NCBI RefSeq assembly: GCF_000281045.1
Contig: NW_008246077.1
Location: 719,264 to 783,263, forward strand
Reading direction: 5' to 3'
Length of the DNA: 64,000 nt
DNA from: Saprolegnia diclina VS20
Lineage: Eukaryota
Shown: piece after piece, positions 25,616-36,800 of the stretch
Layout of the letters: the number at the start of each line of letters is the position of its first letter
How positions within the stretch are numbered: position 1 is the stretch's first letter
Translations under genes and position numbers: made by a program
The notes under the pieces: generated by a model
Told to the model about the DNA's origin: nothing
The model's database searches: none
What the model saw: the letters and a program-made list of their open reading frames with translations, nothing else

Positions 25616-25833
25616 GCCAAGAGTCGATCTTGTTTAGTTTGCACTTGTTAGTCGAATAGTTTGCTCTAGTTAGTCGAATTGTTGGCATCGCACAACGTGT
25701 TGATGCCAATGTGTGCGTGGGAGACAAGTCAATGGGTTTTGTACAATAGGTTAGTTAATTCATACTACTTATTAACTTAACTAAATATTAATACCTCGTA
25801 AATATATATACGTGTAAATACTCAGGGCGCAAT

Positions 25834-27045
25834 TCAAAATGACAAGTCCAACCACGGAATGTCTTCGGGGTCGTTGAGGGGCGAGAGGGGGACCTCCCAT
25901 GTGTCGTCGTCGGCACCAAACAGCATCGAGGTGTCAATGACGGCCGGGGCGCTGACAGGCAGCTGGATGCCGGCGGGCAGCTTCAAACAGTTGCGCGAGA
26001 GCACAACCGAGCGCGGGTCCACCGAGACCGTGGGCCGTACGTCCGTGATGGGCTCCGCCTTGATGTCGTCGCCAAAGGTGAGGTCGTCGAGGATCGCGTT
26101 GTCGATCACGTCGTTCTCGTCCATCTCTTGCTTCGTGGGCTGCTTGTACGGAACGTGCGTGAAGAACGCCATTTCTTGCTTGGCGTTGAAGCTCGTCTCG
26201 ACCGGACTCTTCCAGAGCGGCGGCTTCATTGATTCGGCGGACCGCGTCGGCACCAAAGTGATGTTGGTGGCGCTGTCTTGGAAGCCGAGACCCGTGCCGT
26301 AGATGCTTGCCGCATGGCTCATGGCCATGTGATGTGGGCGCATCGACTTCATCATGACCTTGCCCATGTCCTTTCGGCCGTGCAAGTCGACCATCGGAGG
26401 CACAACGCAGGGCGCCATGCCGGGCTTCAACGCCGGCGACATGTTGTCGTTCAAGAGCATCGACGGGTTCTGCAGTCCTGAGAGTGGTTTGCTCAGCGGG
26501 GACGAGCACTGGTCGTCGCGGCCGGGCATACCTGACGCCGTTGGGTTCACGCTGCCCGACGTGTACCCGGGCGCATCCGTGTCGTAGCGCTGCTTGCTGC
26601 TGAGCGGATCGACCCACGGGTCCTTGGCCTTGCCCGCGCCGCGTCGCTTAATGTTCGGGAGCAGGTCTGGCCGGCCTTGGCGAAAGTGCGTGTGCTGGTA
26701 GATGATCGAGCTGCCTTCCGTCACCTTGTAGAAGCTGTAAAAGTTGAGCTGGCGGATGAGGCTCGAGAAGCGGCCGTGGCGAAAGTACTTGGGCAGGTAC
26801 GTTTCGGCGAGCACCTTGGGCTGTACGATGCAAAAGGCCGTGCCTTCGCGGATCCACGTCACGACCGAGTCGGGCTCCGTCTCGACCATCGCAAAGAGCT
26901 TCGTCACAAAGCTGCCGGTCGCGTTGCCGTTGCCGAGGCCGTCGGCGTCAGCGTCGTAGGCCATGCTACCGTGCATGGCGTTCAGCATCATGGTCATCGA
27001 GGTCGTCTCGTCCGTCCTCATGGCTTGCGTGTCCATCGTCGTCAT
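25834..27045 (-). CDS. HSF-type DNA-binding transcription factor (intronless)
   Basis: FVTKLFAMV...W...GTAFCI...LPKYFRHGRFSSLIRQLNFYSFYKV...H.HFRQGRPDLLPNIKRR; acidic C-terminus. Confidence 0.93.
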   Translation of the reverse strand: MTTMDTQAMRTDETTSMTMMLNAMHGSMAYDADADGLGNGNATGSFVTKLFAMVETEPDSVVTWIREGTAFCIVQPKVLAETYLPKYFRHGRFSSLIRQLNFYSFYKVTEGSSIIYQHTHFRQGRPDLLPNIKRRGAGKAKDPWVDPLSSKQRYDTDAPGYTSGSVNPTASGMPGRDDQCSSPLSKPLSGLQNPSMLLNDNMSPALKPGMAPCVVPPMVDLHGRKDMGKVMMKSMRPHHMAMSHAASIYGTGLGFQDSATNITLVPTRSAESMKPPLWKSPVETSFNAKQEMAFFTHVPYKQPTKQEMDENDVIDNAILDDLTFGDDIKAEPITDVRPTVSVDPRSVVLSRNCLKLPAGIQLPVSAPAVIDTSMLFGADDDTWEVPLSPLNDPEDIPWLDLSF

Positions 27046-27290
27046 CGGGTCAGCTTCTGGGACCTTCGACAAATTCGCAACTGACTCGGTTTGTATCTTG
27101 CCGCCGATCTCCCAAACTGGCCTTTTCGGCGAATAATATTGCGGTCACGATATATCAACGCGGCCATTATATTACGCAAGATATTATTATTATATTTGAC
27201 ATTCAATACCACCGCCAGACATGGCGCAGCGTTTAAAAAAGAAGCCATGGGAGCATCACTCGGGCAATTCGAATTTGAAGCCGCTTGGGC

Positions 27291-27378
27291 GACCAATCAA
27301 ATCGCGTCTTGCACGCCGTCATGGGCCATGATTGGCGCATCAACGTTGAAGTTGCAATGCGCCGCCGCATGATTGGCC
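27291..27378. promoter_or_regulatory. Cluster of three CCAAT boxes upstream of the HSF gene
   Basis: gaccaatca (27291), catgattggc (about 27327) and catgattggc (about 27368). Confidence 0.5.
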
Positions 27379-27819
27379 ACTTCGAGACCGCGTCATCACG
27401 GATTGTGCAATCCAAGGCTGGACCAAGCCTGGAATTTTTCACGTCTGATCCCCGTGGGACGGCAATGACTTGGTTTAAGTATGCTTGTATTTTAATAGAA
27501 TGCGCTGCCTTTTCTTGAACTTCAACCTTCGGGGTGTATGTCCCTTTGATGCTTCGGGCATGTTCGAAATAATTTAATACTGTCGCGCTGATTTGCATAC
27601 GAAATCCGGGGTGCGGGCAAGCTCGGTGGATTATTATTATCACGATGAGTTGGTACCTATTTAAATGAAATTTCAAAACGCCCCGAGTTGCACGGGCGGT
27701 TTCGAAAAAAACGGGCGCAGCTGCCCATACAAAACACAAGATACGCAGACTTTGGGTTGTTGATGCGCGTCAATGAAAGATATGGTTTTGCGGATAGCAC
27801 GCGAATCTTGGGGCAACCC

Positions 27820-30122
27820 TCAACCCTCGAGCTCCTTGACCATGTACGGGCCTTCCAGCACATACCCGAGCTTGCGGTAATAGTCGCGTGTGCCCACGCC
27901 TATGCAATTTTAGTCGACCTATAAGCGGCCACATGGCGCAGAAGTAGCCAACGCACCGGAAATCACCACAATTTTGCGCGAGCCATGCTCGTCGCGCGCA
28001 ATGCGTTCGGCTTCCTCCATGAGGAGCGTCCCGAATCCCTGAGTTGCATCGTATTACGGAGTGGGATCCACAAGTGCATCGAACCTGGTGTTGGAACTTG
28101 GTCGGGTCACGCGCGTGCAACGGCACGGCCGAGCCGTAGACATGCAGCTCGCGCACGATGGACGTGCCCGGCGGGATCTCAGGTCGAAAAGCAGTTGCAC
28201 TACAAGAGCTCGACTGAGTATGCGATGAAGCGGTCGAATCTCGCACCTTGCTTGGCGCAATCGAAGGAGGCCGACTAGAATGTCTTGGTCGACGTCTTCG
28301 TAGGCGAGGAAAGTCTCCCACCTGCGACTGATGAGCACCCAGAAATATACTTGAACGATGCTTGAAGTACCCTCCGTTGGCCACGTAATCCCGCCGGATG
28401 AGCTCGACGTGATCCGGCGACACCTGGTCGTGGATGCCCTTCATGCCAACCTCGCGTGTACGCACGTCGCGGCAGGCGAGGCCCTAAAATGCCTGGTCTC
28501 AGACTCAGATCATACGCACCGCAGCGGCGTACGAGGTCCTTCATGCGCGCCAACGCAAGCTCGCGCAAGTTGCCATTCTCGACGCCCGAGGTGACGAGCG
28601 GCATGGGGATATCGCGCTGGATGCGGTACACGCGCGTCCACGGCGGCACGAGCGCGAGCAGCCGCGCCATCAGATCCACGAGCTCGTTGGGCGAGTAGTT
28701 CTACGTCTCATGCGGACACAGATACCAACATGCAGCTGCCGCACCTTGTACTGGCCTGTCTTCCAGAGCTCGTAAAGGCCTGTCCCGCGGATCACCAGCG
28801 TCGGATAGATCTTGAGGCCATCCGTCCGAAACAGCGGGTTCTCAAAGTACTCTTTGAAGCCATTGAGGTCCCGCTCCATGCCTGCATAAGATCGTAGTTG
28901 ATGTCTGCAATGGTATATCGTGCATCGCGTACCCATGTTGGGCAAGTCCGGCATCACGTGCGCAACGATCTTGTAGCCGCAGTCTTTGGCGAGCTGGAAC
29001 GAGTGGCACACCTGCCCACTGACATGAATCTTTGGAGCTCGCTCGGTGCACAAATGTACCGCCGCGACGGTGTGCCCGCGGTTCGAGTCGCGCGCCACGT
29101 CTTCGTAAATGCTCTGGACGCCAATCTCGATGCGCGTGCAGCCGTACGCGAGCATGTCGTTCAGATGCGGCTTCAAGCAGTAGTCGGGTCGGGTCTCGAT
29201 CGTGATCGCCGTGCACTATCGTCCCACATAGGAATCATTGCTGAGTCGGAGAGGCGTATCGTACTTTGGTTTGGCTCTGCGCCGAGTACCGGACAGCCTC
29301 GGCGACGGACGCTGACGTGTGGCCCGAGAGCGCATCGTGGAGATTCCGAATAAAGTAGTCGCGGTACTCCTTGTCGAGCGAGAGAAACGTGCCTCCCATC
29401 ACGATAAATTCAACCTACGAGCATGCTTAGGTGTGGGAACGACCGCGGCGACGCACCTTGTCGACGTTGTGGCCGAGGCGCCGGAGCTGGTCCACGCGTG
29501 TCTTTGTTTGCACGTACGGGTTGTAGCGAGCGCGAATCGCGCGCATGCTCGTCGGTTCGTACCCCGTGTACGCCTGCATGGGCAGTATGAGGGCCATCGG
29601 CGATGGTTTGGTGGGTACCTGTGTCGAGTACTCAAAGTCCGAGTCGGGTCCGCCCGGGCAGTAGACGCAGATGTTGCCCGTCATTGCAATGTGCGGGCAC
29701 CGGTGCGGCTTGCACATGACGGCCTACGAGCTATTAGTGTTGGGGCGGCGAGACAGGTGAACGAAGCGAGCGTACAACGACCGCGATGCCGGACGCTGTG
29801 CGCACGGGCTTGGCCTTCAAGTACGGCAGTAGCTCTTCCTTGTACTCTTCCGGAATCGCCGAGATAATGTCGACCAGCTACAGCCATCGATGCAGATGAC
29901 AGCCATTGCAGCGTCGCACTACCTTGGGCATGGACGGCAGGCGATAGCCCTTGGCGACGTCGTTCTTGAGCCGCGTCATGTTGACCGGCTCCTGCTTCTC
30001 ATAGGCCTTGATGATCTCTTCCACGATGGACGAGATCGCCTTGACGTACGTCTCCGAGTCGACGCCTATATCGCTTCAGACAACGCTATGCGTGGCTCGA
30101 TGAGCGTACCCGCGTTGCTCAT
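27820..30122 (-). CDS. ELP3: Elongator complex protein 3 (radical SAM / KAT)
   Basis: [100 protein letters not shown]. Confidence 0.98.
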
Positions 30123-30823
30123 CACGTCCGTGTCGTCCGTGATTGGTGCAGGCGGCGTATCTATTGAACCGGTTCATCTAACCGGTTACTACCTCGTCCT
30201 CCGTATACGGCGCATCGGTATCCGGTAGATCCAAACTCCGGACGGGATGTCGCCTGCTGCAACACTTCTGCCCAACAAGCAAGACACGCGTCCAGCAGCC
30301 TCGCAGTAGGAGCCTCCATAACTACTAGCAGTCCGAGACGCGTACCGTAGCTACTAACTACGTACATGTGCTCGGTCAATGACGGCAGAAGCGGGATCGG
30401 CAAGACACGCACGTACAGACGGCGCGGGAGGACTGAAGAAAGCGCTTGGGCTGGCTTCAATCAAATAGAAATACAAGTACTGCGTACGAGGTGTTGTTCT
30501 GCAATGGCTGCCGAAGGTGGCTGGTTGCATTGGCCATCTATCTATGCGATGCTTTAGACCCAATGTAAAGACTTCGCATGCCATAAGCAAGCTTCAAGGT
30601 GGCAGACCGGCCACTTGTACTAGACAAGCGAATGTACCCACTGCCAGCTGGATACGCAGCCATGTCTTACGATATGAACAGTGGGCGTGCAACGTACAAT
30701 AACAAGAACGTTGGATAAATTCCCTTAGATAGTTGCACCCGAGCGTGTTTCACGCAATCGAATTAGTGTACATTTTGCCGACCGCCACCGATCCCGCGCG
30801 GTTCCATCTGCCACCGGCTTCGC

Positions 30824-33800
30824 ATGATGGAGAGAACCAAGTCGGTACTGCTGCTGTCTCCCCAGAGCAACCTGCATGGGGCGACCCCGACCGACACGGT
30901 CTTCCTGGCCGCGTCGACGCCGCCCCGCGAAGAGGACTTCGTCGGACCTCATCGGTGCACCCCCGCCCGCAAGACGCTAATGCTCATGCGCTCCATGTAG
31001 GAGGTCGACCGATCGCGCGTCCATGCGCCAGTCGATCCACTCGTACATCGCCGCCGAAGACCTCGACGAACCCGAGCCGGCCAAGCCCAAGTTCTTCTCC
31101 CGCGCGACCCTCATGAAGGTTGTCTACTTCCTCTCGGACGTCGTGTACTCGCTCGCGCTTCTCGGCTGCGGCGTCCTTCGCGCCAACTTTGTCTCGTCCA
31201 TGTACCTCTTTGGGTGGGTCCTTGGCACCATGTACACGTTCAAGTCGCGCGTCTTGAGCATTTTTACACTTGTCGTGTCGGCCTGCGCGATCGCCGGCCA
31301 CATTTACGCGGCCGTCTCCTTTACAAAGTCGTCGTCGCCCCATCTCCTCTTTGGTCTATTTGGCTTTGCGTTCCGCGACGATGCGTGGGACATTACGCTC
31401 AACGCTGGTCCCGACGTGCTCATGTTTCTCATCAGCATCCTCCAAGTCTACGTTGTCCAAAAGCAAATTCGCGGTGCGCTCCCTGCTGCGACGCTGCAAG
31501 CGACGGCGGCAAGCGTCCGCGGCAACGACCCCACGAACGCCCGCGACGCTCGGGCGAATGTCCGGTGGCGCGAGAACGTCCTTGGCGCCAGTGAGTTTAT
31601 CGTGTTTGCTGCACTCTTTGTCGCGGCCTTTGCGACGACGGGCTTTGTGAGCTTTGTCTACTACCTTTTTTTGCTTCAGCGCCTCGCGGTCTGGACACTC
31701 TTCCCGAAAGCACTCAGCCTCCAGGAACTCGAAGCCGGCGCGTCGCTCTACCGGCCGTTCTTTGGCGCCAGGACAATTCGTCTGCTTCTTGCGTACTCGA
31801 TCCTTGTGATTGCGATCTGGTGCGTGCTTGTACCATCGTGATCTTATCTCACGATTTTCTAGTCAAGCGTACCAGTTTCCAGATGTGCACAACTCGAGTA
31901 TCGGACCGGATCTCGGCAACTACACTGGCCTCTTTGTCATGCCCGGGGTATTACCTTGCGATGAATGTTTGCATGTTGTGATCCTCGTTGTAGACATCCG
32001 CCGACTGGTCGGGGTACGTCTTTTACGTAACGCAGTGTGTCCTCTTTATCGCGGTCGCGCGGACGCTGCCCAACTATGCGAAATGGCAAGCGGCGCGCAA
32101 CGCATTGTCAACGACAAACGAAGCGTCGTCGTCGAGGTCCAGCTCGCACGCGTCCTTCTACTCGGCGCACGAGTCGCCACTCGACTCAGCGACGGAACAT
32201 CGGCCGGTCCAGGAGCTCCTCTCGCACGAGCCATTTTTTGTGCGCCTCTTTCTTGAAGAGCGCGGGATTCTCTGGGCGACGCTCGCCGCGATATTTTGGA
32301 GTGTGTCGTACCCGTCGTACATGAACGCCGGTCTCTTGGCGATTGCGCTCGGACTTCTCGCCACGTTCGGCCTCGTCTTGCCGCGGAAGCTCCTCGTCTT
32401 TCTCAATGTGTACGCGCTGGGCATCTCGATCGCGACCGTCGTCTTCTTGCTGCCGCTCGACTGGCCATCGAAGCTCCCGTCGCTCTCAGCCATGCGCATG
32501 GTGCAAATCGGCATTGGTACGATGGAGTACCCGCTGTTGGACTTGTCGGTGCAGCACCTCTGCGTGCTCGTCATTTGCTGTTGCGTCCGCGTGCGCCTCC
32601 AGTACCAGTACATTGTCAAGGAAGTCCGCGTCGAGCGAGAACTGCACGACCTCCAGCACGCACCATCGGTGTACGACGACATGATGGCGTCCGGTACGCA
32701 AACCCCGGGGCACGCGATTCCCGTGCACGAAAACCTCCAGCTCGTACGTCTCGTTTCTGTGACTGTAGCCAAGACATTCATCGACATTGTAGCACCGCAT
32801 GGGGTCGGTCGAAGTCACAAAGCTTTGGGTCAAGGATGCGCAGAGCATCTTCATCGCTTCGCTCGACATGACGGTGCTCTTTACCATCTTTGGTATGGCG
32901 ACAATCGACATGTGCTCTAAAATGACGGCATCTTCGTGTAGTGACCGTGTTGAGTACGTCGGTGACGATCCTCCAGACTGGCTACTTGGCGCTTGCGACG
33001 TTTCTTTCAGTGTTTCAGCGCTTCCGGCGCCGGCTCTGGCGCGCGCTGCTCGTGTACGCGCTCATTGTGTGCCTCGCCATGTACAGCTGGAACGTCGTGT
33101 GCCCCGAGAGCGTGGACAAGACTCGCTTTGATACGATCGGCCTCACGTGCTTCAAGACGTACCCGCGCAGCAACTGGGCCGCGCTGTGGCCGACGCTCTT
33201 CTCGGCGCAGCTCTTCCTCATCTTCCAGGTCGTGCTCCAGCTTTGCATCTACCTACGCACGGACAATGGCGCGGACGAGCGCGCGCGCATGCTCGCACAG
33301 GCCAACCGCCGACCGATCTACTTTGTGTCGCGCCTCGCGCGCGAAGTCGACCACATCTTTCGCGTCCTCGGCATCGTCGTCGCGTACATTGGGTTCATCG
33401 TCGTCGCTTTTGTGTACGAAGTCAACGACGCCGGCCATGTCACGCTCGTCGGCTTGCTCCAAGTGCTCTTACTGTTCACGCTCCTCGGTTCGCACCTCTC
33501 GACGGTCGTGCAGTGTCCGCGTGGCAACTCGCTCAAGACGCAGCGGCAGTGGCGCCTCGTGCTCGCGTACGAGGCGTTTGTCCTCGTCACGCGGTACCTC
33601 TACCAGTTCAAGGGCATCGCGTCGTGGGTGCAAGGCCAATGGCCCGACAGCGCGAGCCGCGTCATTTCGATCCGAGACGTGGGCTATGTCCAGTATGCGT
33701 CGACGGAGCGCCTCTCGGGGCTCTTCATGTACCTCTTCCCGACCGCCTGCGTACGTAGATCGCAAGCTCTGTCTCCTCTGACCTGCATTTTGTAGCTTGC

Positions 33801-36800
33801 GGGTCTTGTGACGTGGAACCTGGCGTCGATGCGCAAGAAGTTGCACAACTATGACGTGCTCGTGCGCGGTCGTAGCAACTGGATGGACAGCTTTTGCACG
33901 CTCCTTGAGCTCTGCCAGCGCATGGTCTACTTCAACAGCCCGATCGTGCTCCTTGTCGTCAACATGGCGATCGTCTGCAGCAACATTTCTGCGTTCAACA
34001 TCACGTACCTCGGCGTGCTCCTCATTACGCTCGGCCGGCCGCAGTGGACGCACTGCTGGAAACCCATCTTTTGGCTCTCGTCGGTCTTTACATTGTGCCT
34101 ATACGCGTTCCAGTTCGAAGCGTTCCAGCCCACCAAGCTCGCGGTGCTTGTCGGTGGTCATGCCGCCGACGCGTTTGAGCACAGCGCTGTTTGGTTTGGC
34201 CTCGCACGCATTGCGACAAGTGCGACGAACCGCACGGTCACTGAGGCAATCACGGTGGCGGCGGCATCGTCCGACTCGTGGAACGCCGGCGACGCCACGT
34301 ATCCGTCCGTGTGGGCGCTCACGGGCGAGCACATGCTCGTGCTGCTGCTCTGCGTCATCACGCGCGTGTCGCACTTTTGGGATCCGCTCAAGGACGTGCC
34401 AGCGCCGGCTGTGAAGCGCCAGTCGTCGCTCGCGTCCGAACCGTGGGCGCCCGTGGGCATGGCGGACGAGACACCGTTTCTCGAGTCGCTACAGGCGTTC
34501 TTTGTGCGCTTTACGAGCGAGGGCTCGGTGATTCTGACGATGCTTCTCCTCCTCGTGTCGTCGTTCATCCACCGCAACATCATTTCGGTCGTGTACATGC
34601 TGGTCGTCCGCGCGATCATGGTCGCGTCGCCGCTCACCGTGTGCATTCGCTGGTACCTCATCGCGGGTCTCGTCGTCTTTGTGTGCGTCTCGCAGTACTT
34701 TATCATGCTGTGGGTGCCGCCGTTCTTGGATTGGCACCGCGAATCGCTCCCGCCGTGGACGTGGTGCACGCCCGCGTACGAGTACTTTTTTGCGCTGCAC
34801 TATCAGCACCGGTGGGCGCTCTTCTGCGACTACCTCGTGCTCCTCGTGACGTTTATGATCCCGGCCGCCAAGCCCTACTACCTCGCCAAGCACGGCAAGA
34901 GCCTCGGCGACACGCCACGCGAAGAGATTTCGCTCCTCGAGCCAGTGGAGGCCAAAGGCGACGAGCACTTGGCACCGGTCGTCGTGCAGCCGGGCTACGA
35001 TGTCGACGACTTTACGGTCGCCAACGCCGCCAACACGTCGCTGTGGCAGCTGTGCCTCTTTGTCGTGATGAACTTTTGGATCTTTGCGCTGCTGATCGTC
35101 GTCTTCATCACGGGCTGTGTCCGGTCGGGGATTGCGTCCGGTATCTACCTCGGCTTTTCGATCTACATGCTGCTGCACGTCCAGCGCGTCGGGTCGCCTG
35201 GCGACAAACTCTTGCGCTGGCTGCGCGACTTTACGTGGCTCTACATGTTTGTGAGCATTCTCTTCCAGCTGCCGTTCTTTACCGACAAGACGGTCACGTG
35301 CGCCCTCGGCACGAACGATCCGCAAGATGGCGTGTGCCTCAGCATCCCGTCCATCTTTGATTTGAACAAGTACCCCGTGTCGTACCCGGGCGCGCCACCG
35401 TACTTTGCGTCATTGCCCGTGCTCTCGGTGGTCATTTTCTGGATGATCAACATCCAGGAGCTCATTTTTCAGTCGCCGCTCTATGCGTACATCCACGCGC
35501 ACACGCAGCGCGAAGAAGCTCAAAGCGACCTCCGCCGCAGCCGCCTCACCGACGCGGTATGCCTCTCGACATGATGCAGAGATCGGTGACATGGGCAATA
35601 GATTCTCAAGGAGCGGCTCGTGCGCTGGACGGCGCTCAAGCAGGACAAGGCGGCGGCCATCGTGCGTCTCAAGTCGATTGTATCCCGGCTCGTCAACAAG
35701 GTCGAGGAGATGATGGACATTGCGATGGGCCTCAACTACAGCCTTCCGCCGAGCGCGCCAGAAAAGCCATTTGTGCAACCCGACGAAGCGACGCAAAATT
35801 CAATCACACTGCACTGGAAAGCCCCGGACGCGCCGATCCACCGCGTCCGAGCGTACAAGGTCACGCGACAGGTATAGTTCTTGTGTAAATGTCTTGGTGC
35901 ACATATTGAAGGACGCCAATGCATAGATGTACCCCACGTCGACGCTTCTCGGCGACTACTCGGACCCGATCGAGGTCGCGGCGAGTGCGGGAACAAGCCT
36001 CGTGGTCGAGGGTCTCCGGCCCGGTGCCGCGTACCAGTTCAAGGTCGCCGCCATCAGTCGCATGGGTGAAGGGCCATTTAGCGCGCCCAGCGAGCCGGCG
36101 CGGACGATTTCGCTCAACTGGGGCGGGTCGTGCCTCGCGGGCTGGGTGCACTACACGAAAGCAGCGCTCCCAAAGCGCTGGTACGCCTCGTTGTGGTCAC
36201 CCAAGCCGATCGTGCGCTACATCGTTGTCGACGCGCATGCCTTTGTGTGGTACAAGAGCGAGAACTTGGCGCTCAAGCACCGGAGCACGAAGAAGCGCAA
36301 GCGCATGAAGACGTCGTTCCTTATGCGCAACGTGCTCTCGATGGACCTCTCGGAAGAGCCGATTCGCCTCGACGACAACTCGACGCCGATCCACACGCTC
36401 GACGTGGTCGCGACGCTGCGCAACTCGAACGCGCAGGTCCGGTACAGCTTTCACCTCGAGCGCGCCGACGAGTTTGACAAGTGGGCGACGGCGCTCGGGC
36501 AAATGCTGCCGCGTGACGTGCTCAGCGATCGTTTCCTTGCGTATTTGGAGCTCAATGGTCTTCCGATGCCGCCGGACGCCGACGAGAACGACGAAGACGA
36601 GGTCGAAGACGGCGCCAAGAACGCTGGCGGAAGCGAGTGGAGCAGTGTCACGGGCGACGAGAGCTGGCTCGGGGACGCCGAGGACGAAGAAATGGCCAAG
36701 CGCCCGACGTATGGCTGGATCTGGCTCAAGATCTACCAAGCCCTCTACGTACGCGTGTTACTCAATGTCTATGCTCGTGATGACCAAAATGAAATGTGCG

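Noticed and set aside
25682..25709. Small hairpin TTGGCATC...GATGCCAA and adjacent GTTAGTCGAAT direct repeat
   Set aside because: Too short to distinguish from chance, with no MITE or ncRNA hallmarks.
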